A DNA stretch of 64,000 nt from Candidatus Pacearchaeota archaeon (GCA_038886195.1 JAVZYK010000001.1:529106-593105); one strand, 5' to 3'. Counted from the first letter of the stretch, positions 40,001-49,104 are shown. The notes: generated by a model from the letters alone, not told the origin. Translations and numbers: made by a program.

Positions 40001-43000
40001 AATCAATTGAGATGGCAAATTTTGTTAACGAAATTAATGAAATTAATGAATTCTACAATGATTTTGGGTTCAATAAAGTAATAATTAGAGCTAAAGAAGC
40101 GATGACTATAAAAGCTCCTATAAGAAAAGCAGATAATGATTTTATCAACAAAATAGATTTTAATAATTTTGAAAAGATTTCTAATGACGAATTATTTGCA
40201 GTTTTTTATATTGGCGGTGCTGATTATATTGCGATAGTTGAAAGAGCAGAAGGCAACAGATTTAGTATCAAAAGACTTTATCAAATTTATAAACAAGGAA
40301 CTGGTTGGCGTGTAAAAGAATTTTATAATGTTAGTACAACTCCTAGTTTGGCGGCAAAACTTAACGAACTTCAAATTTCTGATATTCAAGAAATCGATGT
40401 AAGTTTATGTAATAATAATGAAATAAAGTCTCCTCATAATAAAGAGATAAAATTCTGGGAGTCTGGACCTTACAACGGATTTGTTGCCTGGATGCCTATA
40501 GATGTTAATAATGGATGGTATATGGCAACGATGAGTTATAGTGGATTAGAAGGAGCGATGATTGCCTGGAAAGAAAATGCAGATATAAATACATTTTGGA
40601 TTTGTAATGTAGGGCCTGACGGCATTCCTAATTTTGATCATACACAAGGACCTAAAGGAGATGATTGTTGTACGCAAGTTGTTTTAGCTACTGGTTTTAT
40701 TCCTGAAATTGCTGGTTGCATTACTCCAGCGTGTTCTGATACTCTTGTAAAAAAAGCAAAAAATTGTGCAGCTAAAGCAATAAGAGATTTTGCAGCAGGC
40801 AATAAAAAAATAGTTACAGAGTGTGGCAATTTTAATTTAGGAAAGCCTCCAAGTGCTGTGCCAGCAAGGCAGTGTGAAGATTTCATGAGTCCAACTGATT
40901 GTAGAATTATGTATAATGTTTGTGATCCTGTGATGTGTCCTGCGTCTAGATGTGATTTTGGTGGCAGGATGTCTGTAGAAAATGTAGTACAATCAGGAAT
41001 TATAGGAAGTATAATGTTGTGCTTGCCGAATTTCGAAGATGGTAAAGGTGTTCTAGTTCCTGTTTGCTTGACAGGAATACATGCAGGTATAGAGAGCTTC
41101 ATTGGAGTTCTAAAAGCTGGTCGTGATTGTTTACAAGAACAATTGAAGAGCGGCAAAACTGTAGGTATTTGTGATCAAATAATGTCTATTTATATTTGTG
41201 AATTTTTTTGGAAGCAAATGGATCCTTTTTTAAAACAAGGAATTCCTGCTATTACAGAATCATTAATAGGAAGGGGTGGTGGAGAATATGTTTTGTTTAG
41301 CGAATCATGGAAACAGAGCATTGATGCAGCAAGATACTTTACAGATTATTATGCTGTAAATTCAGTTAAAGCATTCAAAGCCAGAAGCACAGCACAACTA
41401 GGAACAGAAATTTGTAAAAGATATGCTAGCATAGCTTATCCTACTCAAGCGAAATTCTGGGAAGAACTGGCAAAGCCTGAAAGTCCTACACAAGCCACTG
41501 CATGCTTCCAGGAAATTTCTATGGGAACTGCAACTCCTGAATCGCATTATAAAGTTTTCATTTACATTTTTGCTGGCAATGACCAAGGAGTTTATTATAG
41601 TGTTGTATTAAGAAGACCTGCAGCTCCCGGTTATTATGGACAATTCATTCCAGAAGAATATTTAGTTAAAGACGGATTTGGTTATTTGCCTGCTGGTCAA
41701 TATTTGGCCATATCTCCTGATTTCAGAGCTCCTAGCGGTTATAAAGAAATATGCATAAGACTTAATGATAAAGAAATATGCGGTTTTGGAGATTGTGCTA
41801 GCACTAGTTTCGCTATTCAAGAAATGCAAAATTATTATTTGAAACATCAACTTGAACAGGAAGTTTCTTCAATTAAAGAGTGTGTGAGTGGAAAGCCTAC
41901 GATTATGCCTACTCTGACATTAAATATACAAAGTGCAGTTGAACATGCTTTAGAGCCTCAGTTGTATAGAAGAGGCATTATAAGAGTATGCTCAACTAGC
42001 AATCCTGGAGAAAGCGTCGGTGAAAAAGATAGATGGAAAAAGATAGGTTATTGCGGTGACAAAAATGTTGGCTGTTGGCTTGATATGAATAGTGTAAATG
42101 AAAGTATTAGCGATTTAGGAATTAGAGCAGAAATTTATAATAAGTCAGAAGAGAGAGATCTTGCAAGATTGCTCGAGGAATTTAATTTAAGCACTCCTAA
42201 AGAAAGCCAGAACGCTTTAGACAATCTTGAACCAAAAATTATTAATTTAGAAAAAGAAATTGACGAGTTTATAAAGGAAATAAAAAATAAGAATCCAGAA
42301 GAGCTTAAAAATACCAAAGCACAGATTGAAAATAAAATTAAAGAAATCGATAACAAAATTTTGCCATTAATTAAAGAATTCAAAGCAATTAAAGACAAAT
42401 GTGCAAGAAATGAAGAAAAAGCCAGGGCAGAAAATAACATAGCAAAATTATATGATTTGAGAGCAAGACTTTATGCACAGCCGGAAGTTTTTGTTGTTGA
42501 ATTAACTGCAATAAAAAAGAAAAGTTGTGAAGCTCAAGGAGGTGGATGGTATGAAAAATGTCCTCAAGGATATTTTGAAATAACCGACGCGAGCGATGCA
42601 AATGAATATCCTGGCAAAAAATGTTGCAAGATAATTGAAACAAAAGTTGAAATAGGCGAAACCTTTGATTGGCCTTTAGATGATTATTATTTAATAACTT
42701 CTTGTTATGGCTATAGAACTTTAGACGGAAAAAAAGATTTTCATGATGGAATTGATATTTATGCACCTAAAGGAACTGTAGTTCGTGCGATAGCAAGTGG
42801 AGAAGTTATTAAAGCAGATAATTTTTGTGGAGAAAATAATGTGAATTGCAATAGCGGTTTTGGAAATAGAGTTGTTATAAAACATGCTGATAATTTTTAT
42901 AGCGCTTATCATCATTTAAGTAAAGTTCATGTAAGTGTTAATGATAAAGTAAAAAAAGGAGACAAAATAGGAGAAGTTGGAAATACCGGTTACAGTACTG

Positions 43001-44448
43001 GTTCACATCTTGATTTTAAAGTTTATATAAACTCACAAGATATTGAAAAGGAAGATGCTGGAAAACATCCTTTGTGTTTCTTTCCTAGGGATATATTATA
43101 TAGAATAGGAGTTGATTCTGAAGCTGTGAATAATTTTAATAATTATAGTGAAAATAAAGAATATGGAGGTTGTATACCTAACGAGAGTTATTGTGATAAA
43201 TTGTTAGAAGAGATCCCTAAGGAAACTGGTATAATATCTAGAGTTTTTCTTGTTTCAAAAGTCAATAATGGAAATTTTGGATTAGGGAATAGATTAGTTG
43301 ATTATGAAGATGATGTTAAAATTTGTGCTGTAATTAAAATAGGAGAAAACTATTATTCCTACGAGAATTTTAATTTGAATAATAACATTCAAGTTGAAAG
43401 ATACAACGGCAATTTGAATTTTAATTTTAGATGGTATAATATTGTTCCTTATCAGAAGCCTACTGATGGAAATGGAAGGCCCTATAAAGTTGCCAATTTT
43501 GAAGAAAATGGCGAGCATTACTGGGACCTTATTCAATATCAACAAAAAAAATTGTCAGAAAATGGTTGGTGTATAAATCAAACAGAAGTTAATCCTCGTG
43601 AAGGAACATATTGGTATAGGGTTGAAGTTGAAGTTAATGGCATTATATATTCTTCATTAGGAAGGCCGGCAACGGCTCAAGATAAATATGAATTTGAAGA
43701 TGATCTTTATTATTGTGGAAATGGTGCAATAAATTTTGATAGATACAATAACATATGGAATACTCTTTTAGAACCAAGAGCATATGAAGGTTGTGTTGGG
43801 ATAAGTAGAGAGGTAATGAGAATAAGCAGGAAGTCAAATTATAGTGAAACTATTTGTGTTCAAAACGGTTATGATTCTAATCACATAAGATGTAAATTTT
43901 TATCTACAGTAGAGGCATTTAAAAATGTTCCTTTTGCTTATGGCGTTGATTTTTATGATAATTATAGAGAACATCATTCTAAGAATTTTATTGCTATAGA
44001 TTGTGTGGATTTGATGCTTTCTTCTTTAAGTCATGCTACAGGAAAAGATTTATATCAGGAGCTTAAAGAAGAAAATAGATTATTTGAAGGATTTATTAAG
44101 AAAAACAATATATTTAAACAGGATAATGTCAATAAGGTAGAAAAATGGAATATCAATGTTATTTTAGGATCGCAATTGCCTTTTAATCAATTCGCAAGAA
44201 GCACTTTGGAAATAGGAGATATTTTGTTTCAATTTGATGAAAAAAAAGGAGTTTATGATAATACTCTAATTCTTTATAGCGATAAAAATAGAAATAAAAT
44301 TTTAGATAGAGATGATTTAGTGATTTGCGCAAATTCTGATTGTCATCAAGGTGATTTGCATCAAGGTGATTTGTGTTTATTGAGACCTGATTACTATAGC
44401 GGTAATTTTACGATAGTTAAACCTAATTCTTTATCTTTGCCGAGTTGA
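37084..44448 (+). CDS. Giant secreted Cys-rich protein (2454 aa) with C-terminal M23 peptidase and NlpC/P60-like domains
   Basis: Sec signal; M23 motifs WP...ITS.YGYR, HDGID, GFGNRVVIKH, YHHL, GNTGYSTGSHLDF; later VPFAYG, IDCVD, GDILF. Confidence 0.88.
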   Translation: MKRIVLIFFVVLFSIVLIRAQNLPLETLQTPSPPSEFYQSLEASPYLYPSYESNPWMQTQWQQDYCNKTGMDFLVMIEPSACSPAVVRSDLLEEEDVPVLCRMTAVKINPLIQVPYIKSIIPTVENKSNEIGFVNFIPARIALSYAAPFDKKNANFEGVPTMNNLGYLWIQLKQQPTESKMPDNVKVNMSVKIKYDVARTYGIVENQFVLPLLNQDEWQQRYKEFGFWRGKGYLRLQEVTGPNTAKIAIYTNPNSAPIRVVELREGADPSLKDEIKLPGFYCGAGVRLKLDKITTPTTRVRLLVNGNEMVLEGGDYIGDSGCKVDFISSSSSYGGSVTIWCPTESRVLTIKDHSAQIQIEDDVFEAAVGTELNFSLKENKTGHIYVGFIGKEYSTEGFTDFVLLFSKGKDYESIKEGDSKKIINEINEYIKRNRGANLDVSYTETRWVTELKNFIKDKPYARNLNFNILKLGTTIEIEGHRFKVLSVSGPEQVYYTKDVEARYKEAIQRWRDLSYAYANQPSPQGSYYGVIALRNAANLAKDMHKRIDEAELLRELINKYASSEEPEIIAEVDAAREDLRRATFGGNRVTSIMTSMGSYSIELISIEKPGLGTKEARVEINDSPAVLIIDDNVDSWDVIDITENSVKFRNASNVEETISVGNYKYLGNTKVKVLGTTLKREAKVTILPFEKERETITNFSVQIGIEKRAIKLAPEKTNELIEKLNKQIATLENVKNNLEKILSVWRKACFVTAGSLWIKNFVTGLSGEAYARKIAMKSWTKACADVGFRREINAKSISDCYRIKEKEINDDIKLVKEAVNKANKFIKEVKSVEGVQVRGGLFGLSQMTDDKKFMEVAQKNFPSDLKNIEIYEYKELRRITKGDGKIEFRGEIFDDIDSLYAKYKDVDRSEVAKVLERKVTSGEIVSKIDVLYKNNRLFKDDVKELVVDLELYKQCQEKQSVLCEDIFKGSFGKSIEMANFVNEINEINEFYNDFGFNKVIIRAKEAMTIKAPIRKADNDFINKIDFNNFEKISNDELFAVFYIGGADYIAIVERAEGNRFSIKRLYQIYKQGTGWRVKEFYNVSTTPSLAAKLNELQISDIQEIDVSLCNNNEIKSPHNKEIKFWESGPYNGFVAWMPIDVNNGWYMATMSYSGLEGAMIAWKENADINTFWICNVGPDGIPNFDHTQGPKGDDCCTQVVLATGFIPEIAGCITPACSDTLVKKAKNCAAKAIRDFAAGNKKIVTECGNFNLGKPPSAVPARQCEDFMSPTDCRIMYNVCDPVMCPASRCDFGGRMSVENVVQSGIIGSIMLCLPNFEDGKGVLVPVCLTGIHAGIESFIGVLKAGRDCLQEQLKSGKTVGICDQIMSIYICEFFWKQMDPFLKQGIPAITESLIGRGGGEYVLFSESWKQSIDAARYFTDYYAVNSVKAFKARSTAQLGTEICKRYASIAYPTQAKFWEELAKPESPTQATACFQEISMGTATPESHYKVFIYIFAGNDQGVYYSVVLRRPAAPGYYGQFIPEEYLVKDGFGYLPAGQYLAISPDFRAPSGYKEICIRLNDKEICGFGDCASTSFAIQEMQNYYLKHQLEQEVSSIKECVSGKPTIMPTLTLNIQSAVEHALEPQLYRRGIIRVCSTSNPGESVGEKDRWKKIGYCGDKNVGCWLDMNSVNESISDLGIRAEIYNKSEERDLARLLEEFNLSTPKESQNALDNLEPKIINLEKEIDEFIKEIKNKNPEELKNTKAQIENKIKEIDNKILPLIKEFKAIKDKCARNEEKARAENNIAKLYDLRARLYAQPEVFVVELTAIKKKSCEAQGGGWYEKCPQGYFEITDASDANEYPGKKCCKIIETKVEIGETFDWPLDDYYLITSCYGYRTLDGKKDFHDGIDIYAPKGTVVRAIASGEVIKADNFCGENNVNCNSGFGNRVVIKHADNFYSAYHHLSKVHVSVNDKVKKGDKIGEVGNTGYSTGSHLDFKVYINSQDIEKEDAGKHPLCFFPRDILYRIGVDSEAVNNFNNYSENKEYGGCIPNESYCDKLLEEIPKETGIISRVFLVSKVNNGNFGLGNRLVDYEDDVKICAVIKIGENYYSYENFNLNNNIQVERYNGNLNFNFRWYNIVPYQKPTDGNGRPYKVANFEENGEHYWDLIQYQQKKLSENGWCINQTEVNPREGTYWYRVEVEVNGIIYSSLGRPATAQDKYEFEDDLYYCGNGAINFDRYNNIWNTLLEPRAYEGCVGISREVMRISRKSNYSETICVQNGYDSNHIRCKFLSTVEAFKNVPFAYGVDFYDNYREHHSKNFIAIDCVDLMLSSLSHATGKDLYQELKEENRLFEGFIKKNNIFKQDNVNKVEKWNINVILGSQLPFNQFARSTLEIGDILFQFDEKKGVYDNTLILYSDKNRNKILDRDDLVICANSDCHQGDLHQGDLCLLRPDYYSGNFTIVKPNSLSLPS
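44344..44373 (+). repeat. Perfect 15-bp tandem duplication (HQGDL x2)
   Basis: catcaaggtgatttg catcaaggtgatttg. Confidence 0.9.
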
Positions 44449-44459
44449 CTCTAATATTT

Positions 44460-44723
44460 CTAATATTGTCCGCCGTAAACGCCTTGACCTTGTCCTTTCT
44501 TTTTGGTTGGCATGTAAACGCCTTGACCTTGTCCTTTCTTTTTGATTGGTTTGTATGAACCAGATTCATAAACTATTGTTGGTTCTTCTCTAACTTTTTC
44601 TTCTATCGTTTTAGGCGCTGTAGCTCTTCCGATGTAAAAGGTTCCAGCTGCTACGCCTATTAAGATAGGCCATCTTGCTATTTTCCATATTCTATCCCAT
44701 CTAATTCTCATTTTATTTTTCAC
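44460..44723 (-). CDS. Small single-TM protein with duplicated C-terminal motif
   Basis: TM WPILIGVAAGTFYIG; P.KKKGQGQGVY x2; strong AGGAGGTG element overlapping the GTG, so the real start may be the ATG at 44711. Confidence 0.65.
   Translation of the reverse strand: MKNKMRIRWDRIWKIARWPILIGVAAGTFYIGRATAPKTIEEKVREEPTIVYESGSYKPIKKKGQGQGVYMPTKKKGQGQGVYGGQY
44475..44549. repeat. Tandem direct repeat, 39-bp period, 2 copies
   Basis: gtaaacgccttgaccttgtcctttctttttg(g/a)ttgg at 44475 and 44514. Confidence 0.9.
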
Positions 44724-44793
44724 CTCCTAAAATATCAAAGAAAAACGTCTTTATAAATCTTTCGTTTTGTAGTAATCGTGCAGTGGTTACAAA

Positions 44794-44877
44794 TGCGGGG
44801 AGTAGGATTCGAACCTACGCAGGCACTAAGCCACATGGTCCTAAGCCATGCCCGTTTGACCACTCCGGCATCCCCGC
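44794..44877 (-). tRNA. tRNA-Leu(TAG)
   Basis: Reverse complement GCGGGGA...CATGG-CTTAGGA-CCATG, long variable arm, GTAGG-TTCGAAT-CCTAC, TCCCCGC-A. Confidence 0.97.
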
Positions 44878-44959
44878 TCAAAGTTATTTTTTAAAATAAA
44901 GTTTAACGACTTTTAAAAACTTTGTAAAGTTCTGAAGAATTTTGAAAGAAATCTTTAAT

Positions 44960-45202
44960 TTAAGATGCTGCTGTTGATGGTGAAATATAGATTATCGTGT
45001 CGCCACGTACAAAAGCCAACCCTATGTTTCTTTTAATTTCTCCGTTAACTAGTTCTTTTGTATTTTCTAGAACAATGTTGATATGTATGTCGAATGCCAT
45101 CAAAGTACCAACAAGCTGAGTGTCGTTTTTAAGAGTCACTAAAATTTCCTTTCCTTTTGACTGATTCAACAAATCTAAAGGTCTTTCAATTCCATTTCCC
45201 AT
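44960..45202 (-). CDS. Sm-like archaeal protein (Lsm/SmAP1)
   Basis: RPLDLL, Sm1 motif GTLMAFDIHINIVL, Sm2 motif VRGD; ATG at 45202. Confidence 0.93.
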   Translation of the reverse strand: MGNGIERPLDLLNQSKGKEILVTLKNDTQLVGTLMAFDIHINIVLENTKELVNGEIKRNIGLAFVRGDTIIYISPSTAAS

Positions 45203-45381
45203 TTTAGTTTTTTCTTGCACAAGCAAGATTTCGTTTATTTTTAAACTTTTCTTCTTTTTCATTTTCTTGTCTTTGCTCACCAAATTTTTTTACTTTAGTT
45301 GTCATTTTATAGTTATTACAATAGAAAAATTTAAAAAGGTCAAAAATCTCTAAATTTAGTTAAAAATTAAAATAAATTAAA

Positions 45382-46725
45382 ATGACAATAGCAAATTTTA
45401 TTTTGCCTTTATTTTTGATTAATGACATAGGTTATGAAATTAGAAACGACACTATATTTGTTCGAGCACACTTTTATCCAGAAGAAAAAACAATCTACAA
45501 TTCTGTAAATAATAAATTAAGAGCGTTAGAAAAACATTTAGAAAAGAAGACGGGAAAAGATTTGGTTTTTCCTAGCGCTAAGAAAGTTGTTGAAGAATGC
45601 GGGCTAGGCTGCATTCAGCCTTGTAATGATTACTTTTTTTTCCTGTATCCAAAATCACACAAAAAACCAATGCCAAAGCCGACACCAAAACCAACTCCGA
45701 AGCCAGCACCAAAAATTCCAGAAAAGATTGAAATTAAAATTCCAGATAGTTTAAAAGTAAAAGTGGATTTAGACACTCTGGTATTGAAAGTTCCTGATGT
45801 GTTGCCAGAATCTATAATAGTAAGACATGAAATTGCGGCGGATTCTACTTTGTTAAAATATTTAGAAGAACTTAAAAGACAAGTTAAAAGCGAAACTGTT
45901 TTTGTTGCTCCGACAGTTCCCACAATTCCAACTGTTCCAGATTCAAATAAAGCAGAGGAAGGATTTTTTGAAATAGACAATATTAAAGGAAATAGTTTTT
46001 ATATAGGAACTTTTTATAGAAAAGACAATCAGGAATTGTTGGTTTTTCCTTTAGGTTTTGATTTTAAAACACAAGGAAAAATTCGTTTTGATTGTGCCTT
46101 GGATTTATTGATTTTAAATTTGATTAATTCTAGCAATGAATTAACTAATAATGGTTTGGTTGATTGTCGCGCTGGAATTTATAATAAAAATTTAGGAGGA
46201 GGATTAGACTTTGTTGCAGATTCTAGTAGAGCTTTTTATTCTGGCATTTATGGAAAAGGAGCCTTGAGTTTAGGAAAACCGGTTGTTTATGGAATTGTAG
46301 GAGTAAACTTTAATTTGAATGGAAATAACGATAATAAGTACAGGCACTATGTTATTTCTGGAATAACTTATGAGGCCGGTTCAAGAAAATTTATGTTTAA
46401 TCTCGAAGGAAAAAGCAGTCATGATTTGTTGCAAGATAAATATTTGAATTCTGCAAAATTAGATTTAGGATTTGGAGACAAGACCAGATTGTTGGTGGGA
46501 ATTGGAGGCAAGACAGAATTGGATATGGAAACTATAGGGGATGCTACTTTTAAAGAATTTATGCAAAAAACAGAATTATCTGGAAGCATAGGAGCTGAAT
46601 GGCATTTAGATGAAAAAAGCAGTTTATATATTAAAGCAAGCACTAGTGGGAAGTGGAATGAAGATAGAGAATATAAAACAGTACAACAAGGTGTAGAAAC
46701 AGGAGTTAAATTTTATTTTAAGTAA
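45382..46725 (+). CDS. Hypothetical exported protein with Pro-rich linker and C-terminal beta-barrel-like region
   Basis: PKPTPKPTPKP repeat; many alternating Gly/aromatic strands; ends VETGVKFYFK. Confidence 0.65.
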   Translation: MTIANFILPLFLINDIGYEIRNDTIFVRAHFYPEEKTIYNSVNNKLRALEKHLEKKTGKDLVFPSAKKVVEECGLGCIQPCNDYFFFLYPKSHKKPMPKPTPKPTPKPAPKIPEKIEIKIPDSLKVKVDLDTLVLKVPDVLPESIIVRHEIAADSTLLKYLEELKRQVKSETVFVAPTVPTIPTVPDSNKAEEGFFEIDNIKGNSFYIGTFYRKDNQELLVFPLGFDFKTQGKIRFDCALDLLILNLINSSNELTNNGLVDCRAGIYNKNLGGGLDFVADSSRAFYSGIYGKGALSLGKPVVYGIVGVNFNLNGNNDNKYRHYVISGITYEAGSRKFMFNLEGKSSHDLLQDKYLNSAKLDLGFGDKTRLLVGIGGKTELDMETIGDATFKEFMQKTELSGSIGAEWHLDEKSSLYIKASTSGKWNEDREYKTVQQGVETGVKFYFK

Positions 46726-46778
46726 TTGTTTTGCAGTTTTTTAGAAAGATATTTAAATCACTGCAAGATATTTTTTTC

Positions 46779-47141
46779 ATGCCAACTGGAAGAAAAATAA
46801 CTGGTGGAAAATATAAGAAATTCAGAAAGAAAAAGTTACATGAATTACAAAGACAACCAAGGTATGTTCTCTTAGGAGAAGAGAAAAAAAAGATAATTAG
46901 ATGCAGAGGTGGAAAATTAAAAACAGTTCTTCTTAGAACTAATAAAGCGAATGTTATGGATACTAAAAACCATAAAGCCAAAGTAGTCAAAATAGTGAAT
47001 GTTTTGGAGGTTCCTAGCAATAGATTTTTAGCAAGAAAAAACGTTCTTGTTAAAGGGGCAATAATCGAAACAGAAATAGGAAAAGCAAAAATAACTAATA
47101 GACCAAGTCAAGAAGCTTCTGTTGAGGCGGTTCTTATTTAA
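46779..47141 (+). CDS. rps8e: 30S ribosomal protein S8e
   Basis: RKITGG, RCRGG, KGAIIETEIG.AKITNRPSQ; ATG at 46779. Confidence 0.95.
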   Translation: MPTGRKITGGKYKKFRKKKLHELQRQPRYVLLGEEKKKIIRCRGGKLKTVLLRTNKANVMDTKNHKAKVVKIVNVLEVPSNRFLARKNVLVKGAIIETEIGKAKITNRPSQEASVEAVLI

Positions 47142-47237
47142 GATTTATGTTTTCTATTTTTTTAAAAAGATTTAAAAATCTTTTCATAGAAAGATTTATA
47201 AAGCTTTTTTAACTCGCTTAAAGTGAATTAGTTTAAG

Positions 47238-48182
47238 ATGCCTACCACTTTTATAAAAAAATGCCCGGAATGTGGTTCTACAGAATTAATCTATGATGAG
47301 CAAAAAGGTGAAATAATTTGTTCGAAATGCGGACTTGTTGTTGAAGAAAAGATGATTGATTTAGGACAAGAGTGGCAGCAGTTTGAAGAAGGAGAGAAAA
47401 AAGGGAGAGGCGGCGCTCCATTGACAATGCAGAAATTCGATCAAGGTTTAACTACCAATGTTGGAGAAATTAGTGATATTTATCAGCTAGGTTCTGAAAA
47501 AAGAATTAGGAAATTTTTTAGACTTAAAAAATGGCAAGAAAGAGTTTCTACGAGCATTGAAAGGAATTTAAGATTGGCTATGGCAGAACTTCGTCGTGTT
47601 GCTTCTTTTTTGAATTTGCCAAACTTCGTTAAAGAAGAAGCTTCGAGAATTTATAATCTTGTATTGCAACGAGGACTTGTAAGAGGTCGTTCAATGGAAT
47701 CTGTAGTTTCATCTTGTATTTATGCTGCTTGCAGAATTTACAACATTCCTAGAACTTTAGATGAAATTTCAGCAGCAAGCGAAGTTGAAAGAAAAGAAAT
47801 AGGTAGAACATATCGTTTTATAGCCAGGAAGTTGGCATTAAAAATAGTTCCTAGCAGTCCTAAAGATTATATTGCTCGTTTCGCTACAATGTTACATCTT
47901 TCGCCTAAGACACAAAGTGATGCATTAAGAATATTGAAAAAGGCAGAAACATCTGAATTGACAAGTGGTCGCGGTCCTGCAGGAATTGCAGCAGCTGCCT
48001 TATATGTGGCGGCTTTACTTAACGATGAAAAAAAGACTCAGAGAGAAGTGGCAGATGTTGCAGGAATAACAGAAGTTACGATTAGAAATAGATATAAAGA
48101 GCTTTTAGAAAAATTAGGAATGGAAGAGAAGCTGAAAATTAAAGAAGCTGAAGCAAGAGCTGAAAAAGAGAAAAAGAAATAA
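47238..48182 (+). CDS. tfb: Transcription initiation factor IIB
   Basis: CPECG..C..CG Zn ribbon, ERNL..A..EL, two cyclin repeats, TEVTIRNRYKEL. Confidence 0.98.
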   Translation: MPTTFIKKCPECGSTELIYDEQKGEIICSKCGLVVEEKMIDLGQEWQQFEEGEKKGRGGAPLTMQKFDQGLTTNVGEISDIYQLGSEKRIRKFFRLKKWQERVSTSIERNLRLAMAELRRVASFLNLPNFVKEEASRIYNLVLQRGLVRGRSMESVVSSCIYAACRIYNIPRTLDEISAASEVERKEIGRTYRFIARKLALKIVPSSPKDYIARFATMLHLSPKTQSDALRILKKAETSELTSGRGPAGIAAAALYVAALLNDEKKTQREVADVAGITEVTIRNRYKELLEKLGMEEKLKIKEAEARAEKEKKK

Positions 48183-48204
48183 AAACGTTAGATTTGAAAG
48201 GAAA

Positions 48205-49104
48205 TTATAGAGAAATTTTCATAAAATCTTTTGCTAAAAAACTGTTTTTGAAAGTTTTTTTTGCTTCTTCAAGAATCACGTTTTCTTTTTTGGCATAACG
48301 TTGAGAAAGATGCAGCAATATTAATTTTTCAACTTTAGCCTTTTTTGCTATAGTTGCCGCTTGTTGAGCGGTTAAATGACCTCGCTCTAAAGCTTTATTC
48401 AAATGTTCTTTATGTAAAAAAGTGGCTTCTGAAATAAGAATATTTGAGCCTTTTGCAGCTTTAATACAATTTTCATTATATAATGTATCGATAATAAAGG
48501 AAATTTTTCTACCTTTTCTTAAGGTCGTAACATCTTTGGCTTTTATTCTTTTTCCTTGATATGTTATGTTTTTACCTTCCTGTAATTGTTTTAATATTGG
48601 GCCTTGTTTTATTCCCAATTTTTTTATTTTATCAATATTTATTTTATATTTATCTTTTTCAACAAATTTATAAGCAAGACAAGGAGTGAAATGTTTCATA
48701 AAATGAGCTTCAATATAAAAGTCAGAAGTTTCAAGGAATTTTCCTTCATGTAGCAATTCGTGAATTTCTGTTTTTAACTTTTCTTTAAAAACAAAAGTTT
48801 TTAGAAGCAGACTGAAAAACTTTTTAGTTCCTTTCGGGCCATAAATATGTAAAACTTTAGAATAGTTATTTAAAGCAAGTGTTTGAATTAAGCCAGGCAG
48901 GCCAAGAACATGATCGCCATGCCAGTGTGTTATTAATATTCTAGTAATTTTACAAGGATTTAGTTTCGCTATCTTAAGTTGTCTTTGAGTACCTTCACCA
49001 CAATCTATTAGAATGTTTTCATTTTTGTAGTTTAAAAGTATGGCTAATTGATTCCTTTCTGGAGTAGGAGTTGCTTCACTTGTCCCTAGAAATGTGATTT
49101 CCAT
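48205..49104 (-). CDS. rnz: Ribonuclease Z
   Basis: FLGT, DCGEGTQRQ, THWHGDH, EATF, HLT, HLSQRY. Confidence 0.96.
   Translation of the reverse strand: MEITFLGTSEATPTPERNQLAILLNYKNENILIDCGEGTQRQLKIAKLNPCKITRILITHWHGDHVLGLPGLIQTLALNNYSKVLHIYGPKGTKKFFSLLLKTFVFKEKLKTEIHELLHEGKFLETSDFYIEAHFMKHFTPCLAYKFVEKDKYKINIDKIKKLGIKQGPILKQLQEGKNITYQGKRIKAKDVTTLRKGRKISFIIDTLYNENCIKAAKGSNILISEATFLHKEHLNKALERGHLTAQQAATIAKKAKVEKLILLHLSQRYAKKENVILEEAKKTFKNSFLAKDFMKISL

Noticed and set aside
44475..44549. Direct repeat as a mini CRISPR array
   Set aside because: Only two copies with a 3-nt gap, period is a multiple of 3 and lies inside a coding frame; no spacers or cas operon
32316..44793. Integrated element bounded by tRNA genes
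   Set aside because: No integrase, no duplicated tRNA 3' end (att site) found by eye, and no viral or plasmid hallmark genes
45203..45305. N-terminal extension of the Sm protein, or a 33-aa upstream ORF
   Set aside because: A-rich low-complexity sequence; Sm homology starts at the ATG at 45202 and nothing supports the short ORF
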